Positions 40,314 through 53,879 of a stretch of DNA of 64,000 nt are shown here, one piece after another. Source of the stretch: Myxococcota bacterium (GTDB lineage: Bacteria; Myxococcota_A; Polyangia; Nannocystales; Nannocystaceae); assembly GCA_039028615.1 (NCBI GenBank), contig JBCCHT010000028.1, positions 64,001-128,000 of the forward strand. Reading direction: 5' to 3'. A program made the translations under genes and the position numbers. Within the stretch, counting starts at the first letter, position 1, and every line of letters begins with the position of its first letter. The notes below the pieces were generated by a model. It was not told where the DNA came from and searched no databases. It saw nothing but the letters and a program-made list of their open reading frames with translations.

Positions 40314-43241
40314 ATGGAGGAACGAGAGCGTTCGACGAGCGGACCTGCGGAGCCGCCCTCGTCGGCGGTCGACAGCGATCTGGGCGATCGGCTGCTCAAA
40401 GGCAGGATCTACGAGCAGCTCTTTCCGTCCGTGCCCGCGCCTTCCCGCCGACTGGGGCGGTTCACGCTGCTGCGCGAGCTCGGGCGCGGCGGCATGGGCG
40501 TGGTGTTCGCCGCGTACGACGAGCAGCTCGATCGCAGGGTGGCGATCAAGCTGCTGCACGCCGACGCCTCGCGGGACGAGGCGGCGCGGGGGCGACTGCT
40601 GCGAGAGGCGCAGGCGCTGGCTCGGCTCTCGCATCCCAACGTGGTGCAGGTCCACGAGTCGGGGGTGCTGGACGATCGGGTGTGCCTGGTCATGGAGTTC
40701 GTGCCCGGGCAGACCTTGCGTGCGTGGCTGGACGACGTGGCGCCGCAGGGGCGCGACCGATGGCGAGCGGTGCTCGAGGTCATGGTGGCGGCGGGTGAAG
40801 GGCTCGCCGCGGCCCACGAAGCCGGGTTGCTGCATCGAGACTTCAAGCCGGACAACGTGCTGGTCGGCGACGATCGACGGGTACGGGTCGCCGATTTCGG
40901 GTTGGCCGCCGAAGGGGGCCAAGACACCACCGATGACGGCCACCGCCGCGCGAGCCCGACCTCGGACACCGAGGGTCAGACCCCGCGGCCCCTCGAGCGA
41001 CTGACCCGGACCGGCGCCGCGGTGGGCACCGCCGTATACATGCCGCTCGAGCAGCTCCACGACCAGCCGCTCGATGCTCGGAGCGACCAGTTCAGCTTCT
41101 GCGTCACGCTGTACGAAGCCCTGTTCGGCGAGCGCCCCTTCGCCGCGCCATCGAGGGCCGCGCTCATCGCCTCGCTGGACAATGGCGAGCCTCGTGTGCC
41201 CACCGGGGCGAGCACCGTGCCTCGATGGCTGCGCCGCGTGCTGTGGCGAGGACTGTCCAAAGACCCGGCGCAGCGATTCGACGGCATGCCCGCGCTGCTG
41301 TCCGCGTTGACCCGGCCGCTCCGCACCCGACGGCTCGGGTTGATCTCGGCGACGGTGTTGGTCGCCGTCGGGGTCGGGCTGGGAGCGGGGCTCACCCGCG
41401 GTCAGCCATCCGCCGTAGCGCCCCCCGAGCCGTGCCTGGAGTCGGGTCGAGCGATGGACGAGACCTGGAGCGACCGTGCGCGAAGCAAGGTGCGCGAGGC
41501 TCTGACCCCGGCCGCCGCTCGCTTCACCACCGCGGCGCTCGACGAGTGGGCCGAGGGATGGCGAGACACCAGTCGTACCGCGTGCGAGCAGGTGCATGTC
41601 GAGCAGACCGCGTCCACCGAGAGCCTCGACCGGCGAGGGCGATGCTTGGACGAACACCGCCATCGGTTGGCCAGCGTGCTGCGCGTGCTCGAAATGCAGG
41701 CTCCGACGGGCCCGACGGTGGTCAGCGCACTCGCCGTGCTCGATGACCCCGCCGATTGCTTGCTGGACCAGGCGGACCCGCTCGCCGGCCTCGACGAGGA
41801 ACAACGCCGATTGCATCGGCAGCTCTCCGACCGACTCGTGGAGCTCGACCTCGTGCAGAGCGGACGCAGCGTGGCCGCCCGGCGGGCGCAGGTCCTCGAG
41901 GTGTACGAGCAGGCGAAGGTTCGAGAGCTGGGCGTGGTGCAAGCCGAGGCGGCATACTTCCTCGGTCGGCTCGCCGCCTTGTCGGCCGATCTCCGCGACA
42001 CCCAGCGCTGGCTCGGCGAAGCCATCGATCGCAGCGAAGCGCTTGGACTCGATCCTCTACGGACGCGGGCCTGGCTGTTGTCGGCCGAGACCAGCTTGTT
42101 TCTCGAACTACAACCCTCGCGCGCCGAGTGGATCTGGCAACGCGTCGAGGGGCAAGCCGAACGCCTCCCTCACCCCCATGTGCAACACGCCCAGGTGGCC
42201 ATGTCGGCGGCTCGCATCGATCTGGAGGGAGGACGGCTCGACCGCGCCGAGGAGCAGCTTCGGCGAGCCCACCGAGAGCTGGAGCCGCTGGGCCGCACCG
42301 CGAGCCGCCACCGCGCGACCGCCCTCTCGCTGCAAGCCTTGGTCGCCGATCGCAAGGGCCAGCGAGACCTCGCAGTCGAGCTCACCCGCAAGGCGCGACA
42401 GCTCGAGCTGCTCGACCCCACCGCGCCCCACGGCGGCGCCATGATGGGCACCGAGCGCTTCCAAGAAGGCATGGCGCTGCTCCAGAACGGAGATCTCGAC
42501 GGCGCACGCACAACCCTCACCAAGGCGCGCCACGAGCTCGAACGCGAGCTGCCCGGCAGTCGACGACTCGCCCAAACGCTCGTGGCCCTGTCCGCCGTGT
42601 CCGATGCCGTGGGTGAATTCGAAGCGGCCCGACATCATGCCGAGGCCGCCGACGTCATCATCCGTCGGCTCGGAGGCGCGACCGATCCCGAGCGAGTGGA
42701 GGCACTGTCGGCGCGAGGCGTGGCCGCGTTCCGCCAGGCGCACCATGACGACGCGGCCCAGAGCTTCGAACTCGCGCTCCAGATCGCCGAGTCCATCCCC
42801 GAGCCAGACGCGACCGAGGTGGCGTTCCATGCCATCAACCTCGCGGAGGCCGAGCAAGCACGGGGTCGGCAACGGGCCGCCGAGCGATTGCTGCAAGACG
42901 CGGTCGCGACCCTCGAGCACCAGCTGGGCCCCGAGCATCCCGACCTCGCACTCCCGTACAAGGTGCGAGGTGCCGTCGGGCTCGCGCAGGGCCAGCTGGA
43001 GCCCGCCGACCACGACCTCCGCCGCGCCCTGACGCTGTACGAGCAGACGAACCAAAGCCCGGTGGAGACGGCCGAGACGCGGTGGCTGCACGTGCAAGTG
43101 CTGGAGCAGCTCGGCCGACTCGACGAGGCCCGCACCGCGGCCCAGCGCACCGCCGCCGCCTACGAAGCCCTCGGGCCCGAGATGAGCCCGCGCCTGAGCA
43201 CGGTGAAGGCATGGCTCGACCGACAGGAGACACGACCATGA
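40314..43241 (+). CDS. Ser/Thr protein kinase with TM helix and TPR repeats
   Basis: GRGGMG, VAIK, HRDFKPDN, DFG, GTAVYMPLE, DQFSFC; TM segment LISATVLVAVGVGLGAGL; TPR repeats (LGPEHP). Confidence 0.92.
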   Translation: MEERERSTSGPAEPPSSAVDSDLGDRLLKGRIYEQLFPSVPAPSRRLGRFTLLRELGRGGMGVVFAAYDEQLDRRVAIKLLHADASRDEAARGRLLREAQALARLSHPNVVQVHESGVLDDRVCLVMEFVPGQTLRAWLDDVAPQGRDRWRAVLEVMVAAGEGLAAAHEAGLLHRDFKPDNVLVGDDRRVRVADFGLAAEGGQDTTDDGHRRASPTSDTEGQTPRPLERLTRTGAAVGTAVYMPLEQLHDQPLDARSDQFSFCVTLYEALFGERPFAAPSRAALIASLDNGEPRVPTGASTVPRWLRRVLWRGLSKDPAQRFDGMPALLSALTRPLRTRRLGLISATVLVAVGVGLGAGLTRGQPSAVAPPEPCLESGRAMDETWSDRARSKVREALTPAAARFTTAALDEWAEGWRDTSRTACEQVHVEQTASTESLDRRGRCLDEHRHRLASVLRVLEMQAPTGPTVVSALAVLDDPADCLLDQADPLAGLDEEQRRLHRQLSDRLVELDLVQSGRSVAARRAQVLEVYEQAKVRELGVVQAEAAYFLGRLAALSADLRDTQRWLGEAIDRSEALGLDPLRTRAWLLSAETSLFLELQPSRAEWIWQRVEGQAERLPHPHVQHAQVAMSAARIDLEGGRLDRAEEQLRRAHRELEPLGRTASRHRATALSLQALVADRKGQRDLAVELTRKARQLELLDPTAPHGGAMMGTERFQEGMALLQNGDLDGARTTLTKARHELERELPGSRRLAQTLVALSAVSDAVGEFEAARHHAEAADVIIRRLGGATDPERVEALSARGVAAFRQAHHDDAAQSFELALQIAESIPEPDATEVAFHAINLAEAEQARGRQRAAERLLQDAVATLEHQLGPEHPDLALPYKVRGAVGLAQGQLEPADHDLRRALTLYEQTNQSPVETAETRWLHVQVLEQLGRLDEARTAAQRTAAAYEALGPEMSPRLSTVKAWLDRQETRP

Positions 43242-44401
43242 CGACCTCGAACATCTACGCCCCCACCCCCGATCACTACGTTGCCGCCCACGTCATCGCC
43301 ACGGCCTCGGGCGGCGTCAATGCCCTCGAAATCGTCCCAGACAACGCGTGGGCCAACGGCACCTTTCCCGTGCGCCTGTTCGCGCTCAAGGTGGAAAACA
43401 AAACCAGCGCCGCCGTGAACCCGCTGAAGATCGAGCTCGAGACCTTGGATTCGGGGGGCAATGTGATCGACCGGGCGGACGTGGACGTCTATTACAACCG
43501 CCTCGAGTTCGATGGGCACCCGCTGCACTACGGCGCCTGGATCTTCGTGGCCAAGCACGCCCGTCGGGTGAAGATCCGTGCCAGCCGGGACGGGTTCACC
43601 GCGGCCGAGACCGTGCTCGCGCTGAACATGCAAGCGGACCTCGTGCAGATCAACGCCAACGGTAAGGCTTCGGCCAAGTCACAACAGAACTTCCAGGGAG
43701 GCACACCGACCATCGAGACCGGCTACGTCTACGCGCAAGGGGGCTCCATCCGAGTGTCGAACAACAACGACGCAACCTGCTACGCGTGGAAGAGCGACGA
43801 CGGCCAGAGTTGGTCCCTCGTGAGCGGTTGGAGCATCGACTACAACGAAACCAAGAGCCTCCAGACACACAACGGCTCGCAGACGATCACGCGGTTTCAG
43901 CTCTCGGAGTCCAACACGACCGCACCATCGCCCAACGGTCGAATCTTCCACGTCTACGACTCCGATGGCGACCAGGTCACGGTGTTCGAGGACCCTGCCT
44001 CCGGGAAGCTCATGAGTGCGCCCTATGCCGTGACGCCCAGCGCCTATCCGACCGCGGAACAAAACGGCCGCGGTGTCATCGAGATGCTGAAGCACGGGGG
44101 AGTCCAGTCCACGATCAAGGCATGGAGCGCGGGCATTGGCTCCGGTCCGCAGGCTCCGTGGGACCCGGCGCTGCCCTCGAGCGCCACCGATCCGAACCAT
44201 GGCCCCAAGACGGTGACGCCCACGCCCACGCCCACGCCTTTGGTCGTGCCCTTCACCACGCAGGTCACCAACGCCGACAACACGGTGTCCGATTTCGTCT
44301 GCCAGCCCGCCATTCACTGGGATCACAACGACGACCCCAAGGTCATCATCCGTCAGAAGAACTTCGCGTCGAAGCCGACCTCGCGTCGCGGCGGGGACTG
44401 A
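43238..44401 (+). CDS. Hypothetical beta-rich protein (387 aa), translationally coupled to the kinase
   Basis: AGGAG RBS and ATGA overlap with the kinase stop; no signal peptide; Asn/Thr/Ser-rich. Confidence 0.8.
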   Translation: MTTSNIYAPTPDHYVAAHVIATASGGVNALEIVPDNAWANGTFPVRLFALKVENKTSAAVNPLKIELETLDSGGNVIDRADVDVYYNRLEFDGHPLHYGAWIFVAKHARRVKIRASRDGFTAAETVLALNMQADLVQINANGKASAKSQQNFQGGTPTIETGYVYAQGGSIRVSNNNDATCYAWKSDDGQSWSLVSGWSIDYNETKSLQTHNGSQTITRFQLSESNTTAPSPNGRIFHVYDSDGDQVTVFEDPASGKLMSAPYAVTPSAYPTAEQNGRGVIEMLKHGGVQSTIKAWSAGIGSGPQAPWDPALPSSATDPNHGPKTVTPTPTPTPLVVPFTTQVTNADNTVSDFVCQPAIHWDHNDDPKVIIRQKNFASKPTSRRGGD

Positions 44402-44414
44402 GCGGCGCCTCACC

Positions 44415-44439
44415 GCGAGCGGGGTTGAAACCCGCTCGC
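44415..44439. other. Intergenic GC hairpin without U-tract (terminator or mRNA stabiliser)
   Basis: GCGAGCGGG-GTTGAAA-CCCGCTCGC, a perfect 9-bp stem. Confidence 0.55.
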
Positions 44440-44461
44440 ACGGCGTGCCAGGGTCGCCGGG

Positions 44462-45670
44462 ATGGACTCCATGCCTCAGGCGCTCGAGGGTTTGCGGGTA
44501 CTCGAACTGGGGCAGCTCCTCGCAGGACCCTTCGCGGGCTTTCTGCTCGGCGGTTTCGGGGCCGAGGTCATCAAGGTCGAGGCGCCCGGGGTCGGAGACC
44601 CGATTCGGAAGTGGCGCAAGCTGGACGAGGACGGGACCTCCCTGTGGTGGCGAAGCCTGGCCCGAGGCAAGCGCAGCATCACCTGTGACCTGCGGCAGGA
44701 GGCCGGCCGAGCGCTGATCCGCAAGGTCATCGCCGACGGCGTGGACATCGTCATCGAGAACTTCCGCCCCGGTCGCATGGAGGCATGGGGGCTCGGCTAC
44801 GAGGACCTGCGCGCGATCGATCCGCGGATCATCATGGTGCGAGTGTCGGGCTACGGGCAGACGGGGCCCTATCGGCAGCGGCCGGGGTTCGCCAACGTGG
44901 CCGAGGCCTTCGGCGGGCTGCGCTACGTCAGCGGCTATCCCGATCGCCCTCCCGTGCGCACGGGCGCGAGCCTCGGCGACTCGCTCGCCGGCCTGCATGC
45001 CGCCTACGCCACGCTCGCCGCCGTCCACGAGCGAGACGCCAAGGGCAGCGGACTCGGACAAGAGATCGACGTCGCCCTCTACGAGTCGGTGCTCTCGGTG
45101 ATGGAGAGCTTGATCCCCGAGTACGACCGGCTCGGCCACGTTCGGGAGCGAACCGGCTCGAGCTTGCCGGGCATCGTGCCCAGCAACACCTATCGCTGTC
45201 GCGACGATCGCCATGTCGTGATCGGAGCCAACAGCGACGGGCTCTACCAAAAGCTCATGCGTGCCATCGGGCGACCGGACCTGGCCGACGATCCCCGCAT
45301 GACGCACAACGACGGGCGCGCCCGCCATGCCAAGGAGCTCGACGGCGCTATCGAGGCGTGGACGACTCGCCACGATCAGCCGCACGTGCTCCAGGCCCTC
45401 GTCGACGCGGACATCCCCAGCGGGCCCATCAACAGCGCGGCCGACCTCTTCGACGACCCGCACGTGCAGGCCCGCGGCATGCTGGAGCCGATCACGCTGC
45501 CCGACGGTTCGACGCTCAAGGTGCCGAAGATCGTGCCCATGCTGTCGCGCACGCCCGCCCAGAGTCACTTCGCGGGGCCCGACTTGGGCGCGCACAACGA
45601 AGAGGTCTACGGGCGACTCGGGCTGCAGGCCGAGGACCTCGAGCGACTGCGTGCCGACGGCGTGATCTGA
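44462..45670 (+). CDS. CaiB/BaiF family (class III) CoA-transferase
   Basis: LEGLRVLELG, GAEVIKVE, ENFRPG, SGYGQTGPY, GAHNEEV. Confidence 0.93.
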   Translation: MDSMPQALEGLRVLELGQLLAGPFAGFLLGGFGAEVIKVEAPGVGDPIRKWRKLDEDGTSLWWRSLARGKRSITCDLRQEAGRALIRKVIADGVDIVIENFRPGRMEAWGLGYEDLRAIDPRIIMVRVSGYGQTGPYRQRPGFANVAEAFGGLRYVSGYPDRPPVRTGASLGDSLAGLHAAYATLAAVHERDAKGSGLGQEIDVALYESVLSVMESLIPEYDRLGHVRERTGSSLPGIVPSNTYRCRDDRHVVIGANSDGLYQKLMRAIGRPDLADDPRMTHNDGRARHAKELDGAIEAWTTRHDQPHVLQALVDADIPSGPINSAADLFDDPHVQARGMLEPITLPDGSTLKVPKIVPMLSRTPAQSHFAGPDLGAHNEEVYGRLGLQAEDLERLRADGVI

Positions 45671-45689
45671 GCCCGAAGTCCGATCGCAA

Positions 45690-45731
45690 GACGCTCCCGA
45701 GTCGAGGCCTGACCTCGACATCGAGAGCGTC
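45690..45731. terminator. Hairpin between convergent genes
   Basis: GACGCTC..GTCGAGG-loop-CCTCGAC..GAGCGTC. Confidence 0.5.
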
Positions 45732-45775
45732 CTCGGCTCGGCATCAATGACCGAGCCCGGGGCAACACGAGTGAC

Positions 45776-46405
45776 TCAGCCGCCGCCCGGCATCCCACCG
45801 CCGCCGCCGGGATCGGGATCGGGACCCGGTCCGGGCGGCTCCTTCTCGGCACAGGTCTCCCCGAACGTCATGCTCTGCGCGGCACAGACCCCGCCCGGAG
45901 TGAACGCGGTCTCGAGCTCCATGCAGGTCAGCCCGCTGGCGCACGCCATGAGGTCCTCGTACAGGTCGCTGCACATGGGGTCGACGTTCAGGTCGAGGTC
46001 CATGAGGTAGGAGTCGCAGTAGGCCTGGAGCGCTGCTTCTTCCGAGGGCGGAACCTTGAAGCAAGTCACCATGATGTTCGCGTAGATCTCACACGCCATG
46101 GAGCCGCCGCCACCGCCCGAGCTGGAACTCTCACCCTCCGAGTCGCCCGTGGTGTCGTCGCCGGTCGTGTCGGCCTCGGTGGTCGCGACGTCGGTGGTCG
46201 CCCCTTCGGTGGTCTCGCCGCCGTCGGTGGTCGCCAGATCGGTCGTCGCCACCTCCGTGGTGGCCACCTCCGTGGTGCCCTCGCCACCGGTCGTGGTGTC
46301 GTCGTTGCCGCTGGTGCTGGTGGCACCGCTGTCGTCACCACATGCGGTCGCCAACGGGGCCAACGACAAGAGAAAGACTAGGTTCTGTGTTCGTGTGTGA
46401 TCCAT
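45776..46405 (-). CDS. Lipoprotein with Thr-rich linker and 8-Cys helical domain (paralog 2)
   Basis: Signal MDHTRTQNLVFLLSLAPLATAC; TTE/TTD repeats; Cys pattern shared with 46512-47093. Confidence 0.8.
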   Translation of the reverse strand: MDHTRTQNLVFLLSLAPLATACGDDSGATSTSGNDDTTTGGEGTTEVATTEVATTDLATTDGGETTEGATTDVATTEADTTGDDTTGDSEGESSSSGGGGGSMACEIYANIMVTCFKVPPSEEAALQAYCDSYLMDLDLNVDPMCSDLYEDLMACASGLTCMELETAFTPGGVCAAQSMTFGETCAEKEPPGPGPDPDPGGGGGMPGGG

Positions 46406-46511
46406 GGTTATTGCACTCAGCCAATCAACGCCGGGGCCGGCGAACGTGCTCTCGAGCCGCGTTCCCACCCTTGGCCCCGCTGAAACAGAAGCCCCGCGCG
46501 CGTGATCGAGA

Positions 46512-47093
46512 CTAGCGCTCGACCGCACCGTCTCCGCACAGGGTGTCGAACGTGTCGAACTCCTCGGCACACGGGCCTCCCTCGTCGCCGACCATCTGCG
46601 CCTCTTCGCAGGTGAGCGTCGACAGGCAGGCGATCGCGTCTTCCCACAGCATGCCGCAGGTGGGGTGCACTTCGGCCTCGAGCATCATGATGTACGACTC
46701 GCAGTAGGTCGCGATCTTGCCGACATAGGCCGGGTCCTCGCCGAGACAGTCGACCGCGATCTGAGCATAGACCTCGCACGCGCTCGGCATGCCCTCGCCC
46801 GAAGAGCTGGACGACTCCGCGCCCTCGGTGGTGTCGCCGCCCGTCGTGTCGCCGCCCGTCGTGTCGCCACCGGTCGCGGGCGCCCCCGACGAGCCCGACG
46901 TGGTGCCGCCCTCGGTCGCGACGTCGCCGGTCGTGGTGGTGCCGTCGGCGTTGCCGCTGGTGGTGCTGCCCGCTCCGCCCGTGCTGGTGTCGCTGGCCCC
47001 GGTGTCGGTGCCGCTGTCGTCGCCCGGGCAGCCCATGCCGAGGGGAGCCATGGCCAACAAAAAGAGTAGGTCTCGAGTATGATGATCGTTCAT
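46512..47093 (-). CDS. Lipoprotein with Thr/Gly-rich linker and 8-Cys helical domain (paralog 1)
   Basis: Signal MNDHHTRDLLFLLAMAPLGMGC; GGDTT repeats; same Cys spacing as its neighbour. Confidence 0.8.
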   Translation of the reverse strand: MNDHHTRDLLFLLAMAPLGMGCPGDDSGTDTGASDTSTGGAGSTTSGNADGTTTTGDVATEGGTTSGSSGAPATGGDTTGGDTTGGDTTEGAESSSSSGEGMPSACEVYAQIAVDCLGEDPAYVGKIATYCESYIMMLEAEVHPTCGMLWEDAIACLSTLTCEEAQMVGDEGGPCAEEFDTFDTLCGDGAVER

Positions 47094-47415
47094 GGGATCG
47101 AGGGCCCGGGAGTCTAGACCCGGGCGTCGCCGAGTGTCGGATCATTGCCGCCCGACAGGTCGTGGTCTCGAGCACACCCACCCGCATGCAGACAGTGCCC
47201 CTCGGCGGCCCAACGATCAGCCCCGCGACCGGAAATCTCTGCGGGTCAATCTGGACCGGCCGGGCCCGCGGTTCCTGCGACCGGGTTCAGACCGAGCGCC
47301 ACTCCGGTCTAGAGGCCTCCCAGCCCGATCTCCGCAAGTGGCGCCGCTTTCCGACGAGGGAAGCCGCGCATAATACGCCCAGCGAAATTCATTGCCCCAT
47401 GGGCAGAGTCGTGCG

Positions 47416-47443
47416 ATATCCGTCTATCAAGATTCGCGGATAT
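47416..47443. promoter_or_regulatory. Putative auto-regulatory operator of the SahR-like regulator
   Basis: Perfect ATATCCG-N14-CGGATAT inverted repeat with a nested TATC-N10-GATA dyad overlapping the start codon. Confidence 0.55.
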
Positions 47444-48392
47444 GAGCACCGATCCTCATGACCTCGACGAGGTCGTCGGCCTCCTGGCACTGCTGGCCGA
47501 TCCTACCCGACTTCGGCTGTTGTGCGTACTCGAAGGCGCCGAACTCAGCGTCGCGGAGCTGACCCGCATCACCGAGCTGCCGCAGTCTCGCGTGTCCACG
47601 CACCTGGGCAAGCTCCGCACGGCGGGCCTGGTCAAAGAGCATCGCGCGGGCAAGTCCACGCGCCTGACCGTCGATCGCCAGCGCCTGCCCGACACGCAGC
47701 GCGAGCTGTGGACCCTCGTGCGCGGGCGCACCGACGATCGTGTGCTCGCCTCCGACCGCGAGCGTCGCGACGCACTGCTCGAAGCGCGTGAGCACAAGGC
47801 GGGCTGGCCCGACGAGGTGGCGGGGCAGATGGAGCACCGCTACTCGCCCGGCCGCACCTGGGAAGCGAGCGCGCGCGGCCTGGTCGGCCTGCTGCGCTTG
47901 GGTGACGTGCTCGACGTGGGCTCGGGCGACGGCGTGCTCGCGACCTTGCTCGCGCCCCGGGCCAAGTCGGTCACCTGTCTCGACCGCAGCCCCCGGGTCA
48001 TCGAGGCCGCGACGGAGCGCCTGGCCCGGCTGCCCAACGTGCGCCCCTGCCAGGGCGACATGCACCAGCTCCCCTTCCCCGACGAGTCGTTCGACCAGGT
48101 CTTGCACTTCCACGCGCTGACCTACGCCGACGATCCGACCAGAGCGGTAGCCGAGGCCTTCCGCGTGCTGCGGGACGGCGGCGACCTGGTGCTCGTCACG
48201 CTGCACGAGCACGGGCATCCCGAAATCTCCTCCGTGTACGATCACGTCGCCGATGGCTTCGCGGTCCCCAGCCTCCGACGTCTCATCGAAGACGCCGGCT
48301 TCAGCGTGTCCTGCTGCGAGATCACCTCGCGCGAGCGCAAGAAGCCCTACTTCGAAGTTGTCTCCGTCTTTGCCCGCAAGCCGGGCGCCTGA
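47442..48392 (+). CDS. ArsR-family HTH fused to SAM-dependent methyltransferase domain (SahR/SamR-like)
   Basis: [37 protein letters not shown]. Lies directly upstream of metH. Confidence 0.88.
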   Translation: MSTDPHDLDEVVGLLALLADPTRLRLLCVLEGAELSVAELTRITELPQSRVSTHLGKLRTAGLVKEHRAGKSTRLTVDRQRLPDTQRELWTLVRGRTDDRVLASDRERRDALLEAREHKAGWPDEVAGQMEHRYSPGRTWEASARGLVGLLRLGDVLDVGSGDGVLATLLAPRAKSVTCLDRSPRVIEAATERLARLPNVRPCQGDMHQLPFPDESFDQVLHFHALTYADDPTRAVAEAFRVLRDGGDLVLVTLHEHGHPEISSVYDHVADGFAVPSLRRLIEDAGFSVSCCEITSRERKKPYFEVVSVFARKPGA

Positions 48393-48400
48393 GAGTCCCA

Positions 48401-52087
<3,687 letters not shown>

Positions 52088-52142
52088 AGCCGGTCGCGGC
52101 TCGTTCCCGGAGGCGCCCGCGCCCCACGGTGGCAATGCTACG

Positions 52143-52748
52143 GTGCGGCCGGTGCCGTCCGTCGTCTCCGTTCGTCTCTACCCGCTGGTCCTCGCCTTCG
52201 CGTGCACGACCACGGCCTGCGATGAGCCGTCGACCCTCGACCCCACGCCCCTCGAGTGGCCACGCACCGCCCAGTGCGAAGACCTCGAGATGTGGCCGGT
52301 CGCATCGAGCGAGCTCGAGGAGGCCACCGTCGACCTCATCGACGAGCTGCGAACAGAGGGCGCCGACTGTGGTGAAGGCGGAAAGTTCGGCCCCGCGGCG
52401 GCCTTGGTGCGGCACCCCGCTCTCGATTGCGCCGCCCGCTTTCATGCCCTCGACATGGTCGAGCAGGACTACATCGGTCGCTTCGATCCCGACGGGCTCG
52501 GCGAGGTCGATCGGGTCGAAGCGGCTGGCTATACGCCCGAGGTGTTGGTGCAGCACATCGCGGCAGGACCTCGCGACGCGCAAGAACTCGTGGAGCAGAC
52601 GTGGCTTCCTCGCGCGGTGCCATGCACGAACCTGGTGTCGTCCGAGGTCACGGCCATCGGTCTCGCCTACGTTGGCGGGCTCGATGACGAGCAGAGCACC
52701 CGGTGGGTGATGGTGCTGGCGGGTCCGGGCGAGTCGTCTTCGGGCTGA
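52143..52748 (+). CDS. CAP (SCP) domain lipoprotein, degenerate
   Basis: LDCAARFHALDM, AAGY, IGLAY, WVMVL; TTAC lipobox-like motif. Confidence 0.75.
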   Translation: MRPVPSVVSVRLYPLVLAFACTTTACDEPSTLDPTPLEWPRTAQCEDLEMWPVASSELEEATVDLIDELRTEGADCGEGGKFGPAAALVRHPALDCAARFHALDMVEQDYIGRFDPDGLGEVDRVEAAGYTPEVLVQHIAAGPRDAQELVEQTWLPRAVPCTNLVSSEVTAIGLAYVGGLDDEQSTRWVMVLAGPGESSSG

Positions 52749-52963
52749 CCCTCGGCCAATATTGCCGGCCATTTCCGCACCGCGTGCACTGGCGCACGAG
52801 CACTTTGTCGTAGTGCGCACCACGGTGAAGACACGCCGCCGCCGTCGCCTCGAATTCCGAGTAAGCGCGCTCGCGATCGCGGCGGCGCCGATTTCCTAGA
52901 AGGCCGATAATCATGCTCTAAACCATCAAATTCGGGCGAACAGTCTGTATATTGAACACGCCA

Positions 52964-53869
52964 ATGCCCCACCTCACGCCGCGTCCCACGGCGTCGCCCT
53001 CCCCTCGTGCGTCGCTTCCCGCCCACCCCTTCGGTCGACTGACTCGACTCGGCCTGATGCTCCTCGGCCTGAGTGTCGGCGGCTGCTACGACGGCCTGCC
53101 CGACTCCCCGGACACGAGTCCGTGGGGTGGTGACGATGCAGCCGACGATGCCGCGTCCGGAGACGGCGACGATGGCATGAACGACGACGGGCCCGCGGGC
53201 GACGGCGGTGCCGATGGAGACGACGGCGGCGATCCGGGAGACGGGGGCGACCCCGGTGACGGAGGCGACCCCGGCGATGGAGGTGACCCCGGAGACGGAG
53301 GCGACCCCGGTGACGGCGGCGATCCGGGCGACGGCGGTGACCCGGGGGACGGAGGCGACCCCGATGACGGCGGCGACGACTCGGGCGACCCCGCGTCCGA
53401 CGAGGTCCCCGACAACGAGTACTGCCAGGAAGTCGCCGACTACGATCCCGCGTGGTCGCAGCTCGAGCAGGACGTCCTCGACATCGTCAACGACGTCCGG
53501 GCCTCGGGCGCCAACTGTGGCTCCGAGGGCAGCTTCGGCTCCGCCCCACCGCTGACCATGAACCCCGCCCTTCGCTGTGCGGCCCGCAAGCACTCCAAGG
53601 ACATGAACGACCGCATGTTCTTCGACCACACCAACCCCTCGGGCGAGAGCCCGTGGGATCGCATGGGTCAAGCCGGCTACAGCTACAGCAACGCGGGCGA
53701 GAACATCGCGGGCGGCTCCCCCGACGCGGCCGGCACCATGGACCAGTGGATGGGCAGCGACGGTCACTGCGCCAACATCATGAATCCCGCCTTCGAGGAG
53801 ATCGGCGTGGGGTACTACCCCGGCGGGCAGTGGGGCCACCTGTGGACGCAGGTGTTCGGGACCCAGTAA
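52964..53869 (+). CDS. CAP domain lipoprotein with (GDPGDG)n acidic linker
   Basis: VGGC lipobox; AARKHSKDM, FFDH, GENIA, WMGSDGHCANIM, WTQVFG. Confidence 0.88.
   Translation: MPHLTPRPTASPSPRASLPAHPFGRLTRLGLMLLGLSVGGCYDGLPDSPDTSPWGGDDAADDAASGDGDDGMNDDGPAGDGGADGDDGGDPGDGGDPGDGGDPGDGGDPGDGGDPGDGGDPGDGGDPGDGGDPDDGGDDSGDPASDEVPDNEYCQEVADYDPAWSQLEQDVLDIVNDVRASGANCGSEGSFGSAPPLTMNPALRCAARKHSKDMNDRMFFDHTNPSGESPWDRMGQAGYSYSNAGENIAGGSPDAAGTMDQWMGSDGHCANIMNPAFEEIGVGYYPGGQWGHLWTQVFGTQ
53225..53372 (+). repeat. 18-bp coding tandem repeat (GGDPGD, about 8 units)
   Basis: GGN GGC/T GAC/T CCN GGN GAC/T units differing almost only at synonymous sites. Confidence 0.85.
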
Positions 53870-53879
53870 CCTGCCCTTC

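Noticed and set aside
47094..47415. SAM, SAH or cobalamin riboswitch upstream of the regulator-metH operon
   Set aside because: Only short GC hairpins are present. I could not identify the conserved aptamer motifs by eye; an Rfam scan would settle it.
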